This document shows positions 45,536 to 58,256 of a stretch of DNA of 64,000 bases, one piece after another. The DNA lies in NCBI GenBank assembly GCA_964035575.1, contig OZ037835.1, positions 434,001-498,000 of the forward strand, written 5' to 3'. The first letter of the stretch is position 1. Each line of letters starts with the position of its first letter. This stretch comes from Rhynchopus sp. YZ270_cl-10 (Eukaryota). A model generated the notes under the pieces. It saw only the letters and a list, made by a program, of their open reading frames with translations, was not told where the DNA came from and ran no database searches. Position numbers and translations under genes: made by a program.

Positions 45536-47941
45536 TCATCCGACCCGTGTAAAGTCAAGAGAGAGCGGGGAAAACGCCTTTGTCTCTTGTGCAGTCCGAA
45601 ACACCTGAGGTACATTAGCCTCCAGATCCGCACTCAGTTTCTTCTCAAAATCTCCGTTCACGATGGCAATCATAAACTCGTTCGCTTGGGCCTCAGCAGA
45701 CGTCTCTGTGTGTTCAAGTGCATACATCCACTCTTCGTTCGTTGAAGTTGGCATCCCAGTCACGTTGCACAGAATGACAGGTTTTCCGCTTTTTGGGTGC
45801 ACAACAGCATCGACAACAGTGTGTGGGAATCCCTTACAGCGTTCCATCAGCTTCACGTCTGTCGTGCAGGTCAGCTTTCTTGTCTTGTTGAAGGCCTCCA
45901 GCTGCGACACCCACGGAAGGCAGTCTGAGAGGACTGTGAACCGCCGCATGGTCTTCGTCCCCATGTTGCCTACCTTCGCCTTCCCACACGCCGCACCAAA
46001 CGACATCGTGAAGCCCTGGACGCTCCCCTTGATTTTGATCGCACTTTCGAGGGGCTTCGTGTAGTAAGAAGCCTTTGCTTTCACGGTGTTCCAACAAACT
46101 AGGAAGACGTCGCCTGTGAACGAGTCAAGCACACCTCCTTGCGTGCAGTCCAGAACAGTGCTGAGGACTTGCCCGTGTTGGGAGAGCAGTTCCTTGTCAC
46201 TGCATCCAGAAAAGGTCTGCGACCAGCCGACGATGTTGGCACGGAGGACACTGATTGGCTTGCTCTGCAGACACAGCGTCAGGTCGGCTTGGTGTGCTCT
46301 GTGCATCCTAGACCCTATGGACTGGACGGTGGTGGCAGTGCTACCACTCTTGTCACTTTGTGACGTACTCATCCCCGTGAACCCCTCCTCCTCTTCAGTG
46401 CTGTGCTGCTCTGCCAGAACAGACTCAGGCATGAACGCACGAAACTCTTGAAGTCTGTCAATCGACAGCGAGAGACCATGGATCAAAGACTTCACCTCGC
46501 TCACCATGAAGCATCTGGTCGCGTACTCCTCCACAGCAGACGCAGCAACGGCAGTGTCGAGGTTGCCCAACGCTTGGATCGCTTGCGACGAGCGTTTCAG
46601 GGGCAGTGCAATGAACACCACTTCAACCACAGAGATCATAATGTCAAAGGCAAGAACAACACTTGTGAAGATGATCAGCAGCACCAACGCTTTGTTCACC
46701 TCGCCTTGAATGGACGACACTGGACGCAGCCAGAACAGCTCTGCATTGCTGAAGATGTGTGTCTTCCTTGCAAAGTACTCATCTCCGTCAAGCGTCAGCT
46801 TTGTGAACACATCAAACGGTTCGGCGTTGAACTTCACATACGCTTGCTGCAGGTACTCGGGCAGGTTCGCAACACGGGACGCACACTCCAGGTCAAGATC
46901 GACGTTGGTCCCAACTGTCTGGCAACGTTCAGGGATCATGTTGTCACCTGTGGTGGAGACGTACACAACAGTCGTCACACGGTCGACAATCAGTGCTGTT
47001 GTGTCTGGACGGCTCTTCTTGTACTCAACGAAAGGTGGCACCCAAGACGAGTACAGAAACCCTACATAAAAAACAAGTCCACGGTAGCCTGACCACGGGT
47101 GTGGTGCTGGGGGCGGTACGTAGTAGGACTCCAGATCGGTAAACGTGTAGAGCAGGTCCCTTGAATACCACTTGACTGGCGCCCACCAGAATGAACCCGC
47201 AGCACCAGGTGCACGCCAATCCTCATCCCAGTCGCGAGTGTCATCAGCAGGAATGATCGGATTCTTCGGATCCCACCATGCTGGTAAGGTGCCGTCCAAG
47301 GCAGATAGCGCATCCCACATGTACAAGTAGTCGCCGAGGTACCCAAGCCCGTAAAGAGCCCATGCACGGACCCACATGTACAGCACCTCCCCTGTCGTTT
47401 CGTCCCTCGGAAAGTACTCAGTCTGGTTTTTGTGCGGTCCGTAATATGCGTACACGTAGTCCTGTGAGCCGTCCTTGCGCGGGTCCACCCACGCTAGTGA
47501 ACGGAACGCTGACCCGTCGTGCTTGTCGTACGGTATCGCAAAAATCCCGCAAGTGAACAGAATTGGCGACGAAGATACAAGTGAGAACAGCAGTGTGCGT
47601 GTGATGTTGGCCCACTCCTCTGAGTTGTTAGTCTTGATCGTCTCGAGTGAGTACAGTATTTTTTGCATGGCACCTGTGAACTCAGATGTCTTGTCCAGCA
47701 CTGCCACGATGCTGTCACGCAGACTGGCCACTTCTCCTGCGCTTGTCTCCTTCACAGACGCTTCAAGCGAGGAAAGACCTTGGAAGTAGAGGACAAGACC
47801 TCCAGCCATGGAGGACGCTGTGCTGAAGACAGTTGCCACCATGATCATCGACATGATGGGAACACCACATCCCTTCTTCTTGCTGCGGGCACTTGCTTGT
47901 TCTGGCATTATGTTTGCTCTTTCGCTATTGAAAACCTGCAT
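45536..47941 (-). CDS. Receptor-type class III cyclase-like protein, paralog 3 (801 aa)
   Basis: Near-identical to 23206-25620 except for part of the ectodomain and a short linker. Confidence 0.85.
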   Translation of the reverse strand: MQVFNSERANIMPEQASARSKKKGCGVPIMSMIMVATVFSTASSMAGGLVLYFQGLSSLEASVKETSAGEVASLRDSIVAVLDKTSEFTGAMQKILYSLETIKTNNSEEWANITRTLLFSLVSSSPILFTCGIFAIPYDKHDGSAFRSLAWVDPRKDGSQDYVYAYYGPHKNQTEYFPRDETTGEVLYMWVRAWALYGLGYLGDYLYMWDALSALDGTLPAWWDPKNPIIPADDTRDWDEDWRAPGAAGSFWWAPVKWYSRDLLYTFTDLESYYVPPPAPHPWSGYRGLVFYVGFLYSSWVPPFVEYKKSRPDTTALIVDRVTTVVYVSTTGDNMIPERCQTVGTNVDLDLECASRVANLPEYLQQAYVKFNAEPFDVFTKLTLDGDEYFARKTHIFSNAELFWLRPVSSIQGEVNKALVLLIIFTSVVLAFDIMISVVEVVFIALPLKRSSQAIQALGNLDTAVAASAVEEYATRCFMVSEVKSLIHGLSLSIDRLQEFRAFMPESVLAEQHSTEEEEGFTGMSTSQSDKSGSTATTVQSIGSRMHRAHQADLTLCLQSKPISVLRANIVGWSQTFSGCSDKELLSQHGQVLSTVLDCTQGGVLDSFTGDVFLVCWNTVKAKASYYTKPLESAIKIKGSVQGFTMSFGAACGKAKVGNMGTKTMRRFTVLSDCLPWVSQLEAFNKTRKLTCTTDVKLMERCKGFPHTVVDAVVHPKSGKPVILCNVTGMPTSTNEEWMYALEHTETSAEAQANEFMIAIVNGDFEKKLSADLEANVPQVFRTAQETKAFSPLSLDFTRVG

Positions 47942-47963
47942 TGAGTGGAAGTGGGGAGGTGGG

Positions 47964-48039
47964 ATGCTGCAGAATGCTGCAGAATGCTGCAGAATGCTGC
48001 AGAATGCTGCAGAATGCTGCAGAATGCTGCAGAATGCTG
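47964..48039. repeat. (TGCAGAATGC)n expansion just upstream of paralog 3
   Basis: About 7 units versus about 1 unit at ~25653-25666. Confidence 0.9.
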
Positions 48040-48685
48040 TCGCAAAATAAACTGGTGGGACCTTTGTTTTTGTGTAAACTGCGCAGAAGCGGCACCTGCT
48101 GGACCTGGTTTGTCATTGGCTCTCAGAGTCCGGTTAGGATCTGTCACCATCCACAGAGCACAAACGTGTGCAGCATCTTACCATTCTGCAACTGTCCCAT
48201 GTGCTCCCTATATGATGTGCCTCGTTCCTCTTTGCTCGTTGTGCAAAATAGTAAACGGGGGAAAGAGGAAAAATAAGTCTTTGTTTGTGTGTTCGCTTTC
48301 AATACGATGTGTTAACCACGAATAGTTGTGCTGACTATGTCGGACATATTCATCTGAAAAAAGGTAGAAAATCGCAAATTCGCATAAGGGGGAAAGGCGG
48401 AGGGGAGAGAAAGAGTGAAAAGGTTGAACGTTTCTTCCCAGAAGACAAATTTAGAGAACGTTAAAGTGCGAACGCCTCGCCGCGTCAATCGGCGGACGCA
48501 GGGCACTGGTTCTCACAACAGGCCAGATATCTTTTCACACCACTGTGCAATCGATGGAAACCAGTTGGGTTGAAACGTGTCGTGTCGTTCAGTGTCGTTC
48601 TGTCCGAGGACGCAGTCGAAGCGCAATTGCTGGTGTGGCAGGTTGCGATACGGAAAAAATAAAAGAAAAGAAAAAGTCTTTAGAG

Positions 48686-49540
48686 AAAACAAGTAATTGC
48701 TATCGGAAAAAAAACCGGGTGTGCTGTGGAACTCCACTCTGAAAAAAATATAATCTACAACACGCCCAGCATTCTGCTCTTCTGCAGGTATGCTAAAACG
48801 CTCTTCGTACGCTGCTGAACCCACTGGGATGCCTGCATCTGAAACTTTTAAACAGTGCGGCTGTCCTCTTCGTCCAGCACCATCTGATCGATCGCGTTAT
48901 TGGACGTAGTCTCGGCAGGCTCGATAACCATTCGCTCGGGCGGCCTCGGCATGTTCCAGCTCGTAGTCGTCCACAGGCTCCCACGCATCGTCGTCGTCAT
49001 CAGAGCAGTGCGGAAGGAACACATAATGCACAGACGACAACACGTCGTCGATCGCACCAGGCATCGTCACATCAGCACCTCCAGAAAATCGCCAGGATAC
49101 TATGGTGGTTTCGAAAATCGCGCGGAGTTATCCACAGCACACCCCATTTTTTTTCTTAGCAATTGGTTGTTCTTGTTATTATTGTTTTCCCCACCCTTCC
49201 TTCAACCCGATCAGTTCGTATTGTTTTCGCGAAAACATGAAATTACACATTTCAAGAGAACAAAAAATTAAAAAGGGTTCGCCCCCTCAATGGGACGCCG
49301 GAAACCATAATTCCTCAGTGTCAGCCGCATCATTTCAATGAAACCAAAAAGTGTCTTATTTGCATTTTTGGGCTCCGCCCGTGCAGCGGTGGGGTCATTT
49401 CGGAAAATTGGACAATTTTTTGACCACTTAAATTTTGAGAAATATGAGCCCGGTTGCTTATACGTGGGGCCCATTTTTGGCCAAAATTTTTCTCAAAATC
49501 GACGAAATTAAAATTAGACCCCTTACCCCCCCCCCCCCCC
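48686..49540. repeat. Family A, copy 3; interrupted in its poly-C tract and resuming at ~53342
   Basis: gaccccttac(C)n ... (C)n agaatcatttcaatac matches intact gaccctttac(C)n catcgatttcaatac. Confidence 0.8.
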
Positions 49541-49545
49541 TAGTA

Positions 49546-51181
49546 GGGGGGTCCACGTAGAAGGAATTCCTTAAGGATTTGCTGTCCCAAACCCATTTTT
49601 TTGAAATTTAGGTGAAGAAACCCACTAAAAAGGTCGTACCTGGCCGCAAATCGCCCTGGGGATCACGAAAATATCCCATTAAACCACCTGACAACCTCTA
49701 CAGAGACTTTCCTGGTTTAAAAAAATCGGTTTTTTGTGAAAAATCTCCAAAAATAGCGTCATCAAATCGTCATCAACATGGGCCAAAATGCAACACTTAC
49801 CAAAAAAATTCCCCAATCAGACAAAAATCCTTCTAAACACCCGAAAAACACCCCAGTCCACATCCGGTGGGGTCCCAGGGTGGAAATATATAGTTTTTAC
49901 AGCTTTTAGGGGTCCTGTGTGGGCCCCAGATGCATTTTGCAGTGGGTGTGTGTGCCCCAAACGCTTAAAAGTACCCTTTTTTTAGTCACTTTTTTGACTT
50001 TTTTTGTACCTGAAAACCCCCAAAAAAGTGCCAAGGTAGTCGGAATGGTGTCCAAACACCCAGGAAAATGTCCCCCAGACCCCATGTGGGGTGAAAAATA
50101 TCATTTTGGGCACTTGGGAGGGTTTTATAGGCCATGCAACACTTATGCAACACTTAAGCAACGGCTATGCAACGCCTAGCAGAAGACCACTTATTTACCA
50201 AAAAAAAAAAATACCAATTCATTCAAAACACCAAAAAACCACCTCGGTCCACCTCCAATGAGGTCCCGAGGTGGAAATGTGTGGATTTTGCAGCTTTTTG
50301 GGGTCCCTGGGGGGTTTTTGAGGGTGTTTTTGTGTCTGCAACGCTTAAAATAACGGTATTTCCCCCCATCCTTTTGACGTATTTCGCACCCAAAATAAAA
50401 ACCCTAAAAGGCGTATTCAGGCAGTCGCAGAAGTGTCTAAATCCCTCCGAACTGCCTGACAGACCTCCCGAGCTGTGGAAAATCGCACTTGCAACACTTA
50501 CTGGGGCTTTTTGGTCCCTGAAAATGAGAACGTACCCTGTGCCTAAGTGCAGTAAAGCCTTCCTTGCCTCCTCCTATGACCAATGATTCGTGCGAATCCA
50601 TTGTCGGTGTCCTTGACCAAGTTGCAAGCCACCACGGAAGGAGCCAGCACCCCGACAACACCGACCCACTGTCGCTGAAACCTAGACATCCTCTACAGTC
50701 TAGGTTGGGTTCCGTATCTCTCAAGGGAAGAACTTGCCGCAGGATACACCAAGCGCACCACAAAGGCAGGTCCATGCAAAGTACCCAGAAGTAGCAACTT
50801 GAAAAGTACAACACTAAAGTGCTTCATCTCTTCACAAAGACAGAGATGCAGGAATTTGCGGCAGATTGTGCACCCCTTGACGGCGAAGACACCGGTACGA
50901 TGAATAAGGAGCCTCTGGTCGCTATGCTGTCTCAGTGAGCAGTACAGGGATTCTATAGGCATATTAGGGGGTATAATTCCATGGAAAAAAGCGGAAAAAG
51001 CGGAAAAAAACACCAAAAAAATCAGAAAAAAGTGCGAAATAGTGCTCAAAAGTGTGTTTTTCGTGGTTTTGGGTGATTTTTTGGGGGTTTGGGGGTGTTT
51101 TGAGGTGTTTTTTCGGGTTTTTCGCGGGTTATTACAAAAAAAAGTGGTTTGGGACAGCAAAAACGGCCGGACGGACCCCCC
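49546..51181. mobile_element. TA-flanked GGGGGGTCC-ended DNA element with a SAP/HeH-like coding remnant (50795-50938)
   Basis: GTAGGGGGGTCC/GGACCCCCCTAC; inner ttgctgtcccaaacc at both ends; LHLFTKTEMQEFA......MNKEPLVAML. Confidence 0.8.
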
Positions 51182-51196
51182 TACCCCCCCCTAGGG

Positions 51197-51935
51197 CAGT
51201 GATTAAAAATACGTTCGATTCGTTCAACGAATTCGAACGTTCAACGAATTCTATAAATCGTATTCTATAGAATTCGTTCAGAATTCGCTCAGAATTCGTT
51301 TTCAAACCGTTTTTGTGTTAGTACTGTAGGGCCGATGTTTGGACCAGTGGTGGGGATGGGGAGTTTTTTTTTGACAAAGAGGCTGATGCGCTGCTACAAA
51401 ACAAACAAACAAACAAGGAAAGGCTCGGGGGGTGGGTCACAGGAGGGACATTCACTCGCCGTCTCTCGGATCCAAGTTGGTCCCAAAGCTGGGGGAAAAC
51501 GTTTGAGTCAAGTTGGCCTAAGGTCCGCTATGTTGCAGTCAAGGTACTCGGATGGGAGGTCTCATCGAGTTGTGCTGAACGAGGATTGGTTTCATATTCA
51601 CACATCCAACCCCTCAAACCCCTCATGCCACGAGTCATTACTGGATGGACGAAGAAGTGAAGTTCGGTGACGACTGCGTAAAATCCGAAAACCCGCAAAC
51701 CCGTAACTGCACAGCGAATCATAAAAGTGACCCTCCCTTTTTTCACCACCCCCCGAGCCTTCCCTTGTTTGCTTGTATATTTTGTTGTGTGTGTCATCCT
51801 CATTGTGAAAAAAACCCCCTATCCCCCTGTACTACCCTCAGTTTCCCAAAATTCGCTGATCGTTCAGCGAATTCGAACGATCAACGAATTCTATAAATCG
51901 AAATCTATAGAATTCGTCGAATTCTATAATCACTG
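51197..51935 (+). mobile_element. Non-autonomous hAT element retaining a transposase dimerisation-domain remnant
   Basis: TIR CAGTGATTA/TAATCACTG; 8-bp TSD ccctaggg; from 51490 WGKTFESSWPKVRYVAVKVLGWEVSSSCAERGLVSYSHI. Confidence 0.92.
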
Positions 51936-51940
51936 CCCTA

Positions 51941-53339
51941 GGGGGGGTCACAAGGGGAGGACAATGCATTTTTTCAGAGTTTTTGAATTCTACGCGTAGC
52001 GCAGTGTCCGACCCCACAAGTCACTACCCAAGACCCCCCGGAAAACGTCCTGGAGGCCCGAAAATACCAAAAATAGTGACCGGAAGTGACCAGAAAATCA
52101 AAATTCCGAAAAAAAAAGGGGTCTTGGGACAGGGTCTGTACCTTGCCTATTCCTATTTTTTAGCACATAAACGAGATATGGCCATGGCAACAGCCCATGT
52201 CTCATATTTTAGGAAGTAAAGGATACATCTTGCCTAATGTCATCTAATTGCGTTTGAATACAGCCAAAACAAGACAAGACGGTCACCTGGCATCTGTATT
52301 TTGTGGGTCGTAGTGACCAATGTATACACGGGCTTAGGTACCCACACCATTAATAGGCCAGGGAGTGATCAATTTAGGGAGGAAAATTAGTCAGGTGTAA
52401 ATTATCGAGCAGATCTGCCGTCACTGCCTCACCCGGTCCCTCAGGGTACCTTCCTTTTAAAAGAATCACCTCGTATGACTTTCCAGATATTGCAATGCCC
52501 AATTCCTCCCCTTGGTTTTGCAGTTCAGTCTGCAATAGCCCTGTACTAGCCACGTATATGGATATCCAGTCATAGACTCGACTAAAGCACCGACCCGCAT
52601 CTGCCTCGTCTTCTTTATCTTCTTAGACCCCACACTCAGATTATTGTGGGAGGAAAGAGATATCCCTCCTGAAGACGGACAGGCACGCCACAAAATATAG
52701 CGGCAAGAGCGGGGCGTCCTCAAAGCTCACAGGGACAAGGAACGCCGTATTGGGAACTTAGGCACACTGCTCCAATGTGGCAAGGCCAGACTGCTTGACG
52801 ACAAGCAATACGCAATGACCCGCGAGGAGGACGCGTGGGAGGCCCAATGCCACACACGTCACTTTCCTCCCCTTTTCGCGTGTTTTCTTAAACCCAATCT
52901 CCCCAGGGCTTGCAGAATCGCCTCTGAGGACACCTTCAGCAGGCCTACTCCACAGTGGATACGGCGCTTTGCCTTTACTGCCATTCCACTGCGTCTACAC
53001 AAGGATTTTAGAGCGGACTTGGCGTAGAACTGCCAATCCAGTGCCCCCGGCACTTTTCCCGCCCTCTCAATGCGTTCCAACGGTGTTTTTAATGGGTTTT
53101 GATTGCACCCCGATTTGAAAGGTGCCAAAGTACAAACCCTGTCCCAGGCCGTTTTTTTTTTTGAAAAATTCGAATTAGACCCCCACAAGTGCTCAGAAGT
53201 GTCCAAAACCAGGCGGAATTGAATTGTAGGTCACCTGGGGACCATATTTTCTGGTTTTTCAGGGTGATGTCCATTTTTTTCTCAAAAAAAATTTTTTTTG
53301 GTCGGTGTCCTCACTTTTAACATGGGATGTGACCCCCCC
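51941..53339. mobile_element. TA-flanked GGGGGGGTCACA-ended DNA element
   Basis: TA-GGGGGGGTCACA ... TGTGACCCCCCC-TA; imperfect inner inverted repeat (gggacaggg / ccctgtccc). Confidence 0.82.
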
Positions 53340-53602
53340 TACCCCCCCCCCCCCAGAATCATTTCAATACACTACCTGTATTGGTTGCTGACGCGTGTAT
53401 ACAGGAAGGTTGGGAAAAGTATTTTGCAAGACGCCTCACGAGTTGATCCATTAACGGTGTCAGGTGGTGGGGGTGGCAAATTGGGTGAGGAATAAAAAGC
53501 GGGTGCGCATATGTTACACCCGCTCACCCCCCTACCCAAGTTGCTCGCCCCCCTATGACAACGGTGTACCTCCTCAATAAGCTGTTAAAAGATGAAGAGG
53601 GG

Positions 53603-53700
53603 TGGTCCATGGTCCATGGTCCATGGTCCATGGTCCATGGTCCATGGTCCATGGTCCATGGTCCATGGTCCATGGTCCATGGTCCATGGTCCATGGTCCA
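53603..53700. repeat. (GGTCCAT)n, ~14 units
   Basis: Read directly. Confidence 0.95.
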
Positions 53701-53997
53701 GGGTCCGTCCAGGGGATTGAAATTATTTATTTTTCTAACATTCGTCAGTAGACTGTGGTACTAAAAAAAAGCAAGAGGCCCTCTCGCTGGGAGCGAGGAA
53801 CGTTAAAACCTGGCAGACTGGCAGCCTGGAGGCAAGGGAAGTTGAAAGTGCAAAAACGCCTCACCGAACAAGCGGAGGACGCAGGCACTGGGGGGGAAAG
53901 AAGTTTCTTCGGAATTATTTCATAAAAAGAAGAAAAAAAAAGAGAAACGAGAAAAGAGTGGAAAAAGGGGAAAAAAAAAATCAGAGTCTCTGCCCCG

Positions 53998-55007
53998 CAG
54001 GCCTGGGCCTAAAGTGGGTGCCCGGGGCCCGATTTTGATTTTATTTTATTTTTTCTAAGGATTTTACACGGGGGAAAAATTATTTTTTCTAAGGATTTTA
54101 TACGGGGAAAATTTATTTTTCTAAGGGTTTTTCTTAGGGGAAAAAGTCTGGGGGGTCGGGCCGGGCCCCGTGTGGCTGAGAATAACTCGCACTCTGCCCG
54201 GGAGTGCGGTACCAAGCCATAATGAACAAAAAAAGTCTCCACCCCGCTTCCTTCGGTCTCGTCCCTTTCACCTCCCGCACAACAGAATAAATAATAATAC
54301 AGTATGGTGCGTGTGACTGCAAACGTCGAGGGAACCTTGCTTCTTGCAGTGCTGCAAGTGCTCGCCACCACGGTGGTAGCAAAGTGCATTGCGTTCGCGC
54401 ACTTGGGCAGGCCCTGACGGCACTGAGGAACGAAAAAGAAAAATAATTCAGCGCCTCCCAGGTCTGCACCTTTTAAAAAAATTTGCCTGCGGCGCCATTT
54501 TCCCTTTTTTGCTCTGCAAAAAAGGATTCGCTGAGTGGCTTTGTGGTATAAAAGCTGCATTTTTTATACTGTACCCTAATTTTTTTTCGCCTGCGGCGCC
54601 GTTTTATATTCATCCCGAACATTCGGGGTGCACGTAGCGCGTAGCGCGCCCGGGTTTAGGACCCCTTCTTGAATTTCGAGGGGGCGGTTCACGTTACAGT
54701 GGGTCCAGAATCATAGTTCAATTTAACCCCGCTAAGCAACTCGCTGGTGGTAATGACCAAAACGTGTATCAGCCAAGAACTTGCCCATTTTTTTCAAAAT
54801 GACCCCGTGACAGTGAGGGTAAAAGCTCGGAAAACCCGAAAAAGGCCAAAAAAAACCCCCCGAAAAGGGAAAACCGAGAACATATTTCGGCAGGGGGCAG
54901 CGTGTTCTCAGAAAAATCCAAAAATTGCCTGTAAAAATCCTTAGAAAAAACCTGGGTGCCCGATCCAAAAAAAATGGAAAAAACCCCAGGGTGCCCGCCC
55001 ACCCCTG
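53998..55007. mobile_element. Non-autonomous hAT-like element
   Basis: 8-bp TSD ctgccccg; imperfect TIR CAGGccTGGGC/CAGGggTGGGC; internal gcctgcggcgcc block shared with 22310-22460. Confidence 0.75.
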
Positions 55008-55076
55008 CTGCCCCGCCATTTTTAATTCAATTTAGTGTTCTTAACTTCTCTCAGTACTGATAAATAAACCCTTTTT

Positions 55077-57233
55077 TTAGCGGTCTGACATGCACTCATC
55101 ATCGGATTTTGATGACTCCATCTCTGCTCCGTACGCTGTCGAAGGGGGTTGCTTCTTGCCACGCCTCGACAGATACGTTGCCGCACAGCAGCAGAGCACT
55201 GCCACCACCACCGCCGCTATCAGCACCACCTTCTTGAGGGTCGCATTGTCATCACTGCTCCCGCTTGCGGGCCCTTCGGCAGACGTATCCACACCGTCGT
55301 CGCGCTCTATCAGCACTTCCGTCTCCATCACTTCCACCTCACCAAGGTGGAACTCTTCCAGCACACCATCCTTCTGCAGAACACCCAACACCGTCTCCTC
55401 CGACCCAGACGGAAGATATGCCACACCCACCAGCACGACCACCCCAGAGCTCAAAGCTGCTCCACTGCGTGAGTCCATCGAGGCACATCCTGCAAGACGC
55501 TTAGCAGATGCACTCACCGGACACCCATTCGAGCATACCACAGCAGGACAGCTCCAATAAATGGTAACAGAGCTTGCCAGATCTGCCAGAACTGCTTCGA
55601 GTGAGGTGATGAAGGAGGTAGAGTTGAAATCCTCAGAAGCCAAGTAGAGGGAAAAGCTGAAGACACGCTGTGTGATGGCGAAGAACCCTGGAGGGTTCGG
55701 AAGGGGTGTGGGTGGTGCCGGGGTTGGTGGTGCTGGGGTAGGGGGCGTGCCGCAGGGGTGGAGGCCGGAACAGTCGTCTGTGGTGCAGACAGCGCAGGCT
55801 TGTCCGGTGGTGTGGGCGCCTTTGCAGGAGTCCTTACCGATGCAGTCGATGGTGCATTCACTGCCGTGGCAAAGGAGGTGCACGTCTTGGCAGGATTCGG
55901 GGCCAGAGCAGTGGACGTTGCAGTCGTGCGAATCTGGGCAGGTGATTGTTGCGTTGTGGCAGGACCGCGTGCGGGTGCACCACACAACAGTGTTCCCCGC
56001 AGTGATGTTCATCTGTGCATGCTGGCAGGATTCCTGTGCAGTGCACTTTATATGCAGGTCTTCGACAGTGTGTGTCGCTGTGATGTGTGTCGCGCTGCAT
56101 GCATGCTCAGCACTGCACACCACCAACGCTGCTTCGGACGCAAGCCCCACAGCACTGCCGGTGCAGGCCTCGGTGTTGGCACAGTGCAGCTCCCCTCTGC
56201 CCCCAGACAGCCACATCCCGTAAGGCTCGCCCTCCTTCGCAAAGGCGTATTCGGTAGTGATGTCCGCTTCTGCGAAGCTGCGCAGGTTTTTGCATGAGTC
56301 CGCCCCGGTGCACTGTGCCACACAGCTGCCGCCAGGTGACGTCAGGCACTGTAGGTGCGACGTGCTGCAGGAGGCTGCCCCCGCACACTCGATGTCGGCG
56401 TCTGCGGCGCTCATGAGCATAAGCGAGCCAGCGCAGGAGGCGGGCGCAGAGCAAAGGAACGGCCCGCATGTGTCGTCGTCCTCGCAGAAGCATGTGGTGT
56501 GCTCGCACTGCAGGGGGGCCTTCGCGTCGGTGTGCGCACGGCTGTGGCTCGTAGTGTTCGATGTGGAGTTTGTGTTGTCCTTCTCCATGCTCGCGGTGTC
56601 GCTCTTGTCTGCACTGGTGCTGGTGCTGTTGCTCATGGTGGTGGAGTCGACCTTGCCTTTGCTTTTGCTTTTGCTTCTGCTTCCAGTATCAACTTCGTCA
56701 GTAGGATTGGGCTTGGTGTTGGTCTTGCTTCCAGTTTCGGGAAGCTTGGGCTTGTCCTTGCCTTTGTTTTTGCTTTTGCTTCTGCTTCCAGTATCAACTT
56801 CATCAGTAGGCTTGGGCTTGGTGTTGGTCTTGCTTCCAGTTTCGGGAAGCTTGGGCTTGTCCTTGCCTTTGCCTTTGCTTCTGCTTCTGCTTCCAGTATC
56901 AACTTCGTCAGTAGGCTTGGGCTTGGTGTTGGTCTTGCTTCCAGTTTTGGGACGCTTGGGCTTGTCCTTGCCTTTGCCTTTACCTTTGCCTTTGCTTCTG
57001 CTTCTGCTTCCAGTATCAACTTCGTCAGTAGGCTTGGGCTTGGTGTTGGTCTTGCTTCCAGTTTCGGGAAGATTTGGCTCTTTGCCTTTGCTGGATGTGC
57101 CCTCGGCAACGTCATCTCCCTCGTCTGTGCCGGACATGTTGAGTGGCATGTTCATGCCTGCACCCACGTCACCAGCTTCCTGAGCAGAGGCCGCAAGAGA
57201 CAGCAACACCACACAAGCAAGCATCGTGTGCAT
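55077..57233 (-). CDS. Type I surface protein: signal peptide, Lys/Ser/Thr-rich repeats, Cys-rich CxGxxSC repeats, PTPAP linker, TM, short tail; 718 aa
   Basis: MHTMLACVVLLSLAASA; 4x PETGSKTNTKPKPTDEVDTGSRS-type units; CSGPESC/CIGKDSC; VVLIAAVVVAVLCCCAA. Confidence 0.85.
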   Translation of the reverse strand: MHTMLACVVLLSLAASAQEAGDVGAGMNMPLNMSGTDEGDDVAEGTSSKGKEPNLPETGSKTNTKPKPTDEVDTGSRSRSKGKGKGKGKDKPKRPKTGSKTNTKPKPTDEVDTGSRSRSKGKGKDKPKLPETGSKTNTKPKPTDEVDTGSRSKSKNKGKDKPKLPETGSKTNTKPNPTDEVDTGSRSKSKSKGKVDSTTMSNSTSTSADKSDTASMEKDNTNSTSNTTSHSRAHTDAKAPLQCEHTTCFCEDDDTCGPFLCSAPASCAGSLMLMSAADADIECAGAASCSTSHLQCLTSPGGSCVAQCTGADSCKNLRSFAEADITTEYAFAKEGEPYGMWLSGGRGELHCANTEACTGSAVGLASEAALVVCSAEHACSATHITATHTVEDLHIKCTAQESCQHAQMNITAGNTVVWCTRTRSCHNATITCPDSHDCNVHCSGPESCQDVHLLCHGSECTIDCIGKDSCKGAHTTGQACAVCTTDDCSGLHPCGTPPTPAPPTPAPPTPLPNPPGFFAITQRVFSFSLYLASEDFNSTSFITSLEAVLADLASSVTIYWSCPAVVCSNGCPVSASAKRLAGCASMDSRSGAALSSGVVVLVGVAYLPSGSEETVLGVLQKDGVLEEFHLGEVEVMETEVLIERDDGVDTSAEGPASGSSDDNATLKKVVLIAAVVVAVLCCCAATYLSRRGKKQPPSTAYGAEMESSKSDDECMSDR

Positions 57234-58256
57234 CGCGAAGGCTGTGTTGTGTATGGTACGTAAAGACGTAAAAAAAATCAAGTTCTGCTGTGGCTTGTTG
57301 TTGGGGGCGTGATTGGAATGGGTGCTTGTCAAAAAATATGCCCAGGATGTCATTTCGTGCAACTTAAAGTTACTTACATATCAAAAGCAAAGGGAAATAG
57401 AACAACAACAAAAATTAAAGTTTACAACGCGCAGGCTCCTCAATGCAGGCACTCGCGACCTCCTCATCCTCCGCTTGGCGCAGTGGTGATGCCCGAACAC
57501 AGCGGGGTCGAAGGTGTCCCAGGAGAGGGAACCAGAAGGGTGCGGAGCACACCCTCGCCTTCACTCTCCTTGAAAAAGAGTGGCTAAAGCGGGTTGTGGG
57601 TAATATGGGAAAATGAGTGGGCGCCTATACGAGGAGTAAAAATCAGGTGGTAAACCCCAAAAAGACCCGAAAACCCCCGAAAACCCCCGACATAGTTTTG
57701 CACGATCTGAATCCATTCGAAAAATTATTTTTGAATTTTGAGACATTTTTTGGGAAATACGACCACCCAGGCTTACACCTGAAAACCAACTGCTCCTTTT
57801 TCTACTTACATGTATTCGTTGTTTGCTGTTTGTTGATGGCATCCAGATTCGTCCGTTATTCAGGAAAAAATGGACCGTTCTTTCGAGTCGGATTTTGGCT
57901 TGGTGAAACTGAGTCTGAGATAAAGTCAAAAATTATTACGCGTCCACTCGACGTTTGGATAAAGAAAACTAGAGATGAAAGGGGGTTTGGGGGGAAGAGT
58001 TTAATTCTTGAACGCATCCCCACACTCAGTCACACACAGTATTATCTTTTTTTTTTTTTTTTGAAAAACACCAAACGCTGTTCACAATAATGAACGAAAA
58101 ATTGACAATTTTCCTGATGAAGATGTAATGTATGTGCGAGAGATGGGGAGCACGGGAGGGAAAAAACGACTCGTGGATACTGAAAAATTTCACTAGAAAT
58201 GCACGCATGTCTTATAAACATTATTTCTGTTCGTTCGGTGTCGCCATTCACACTTA

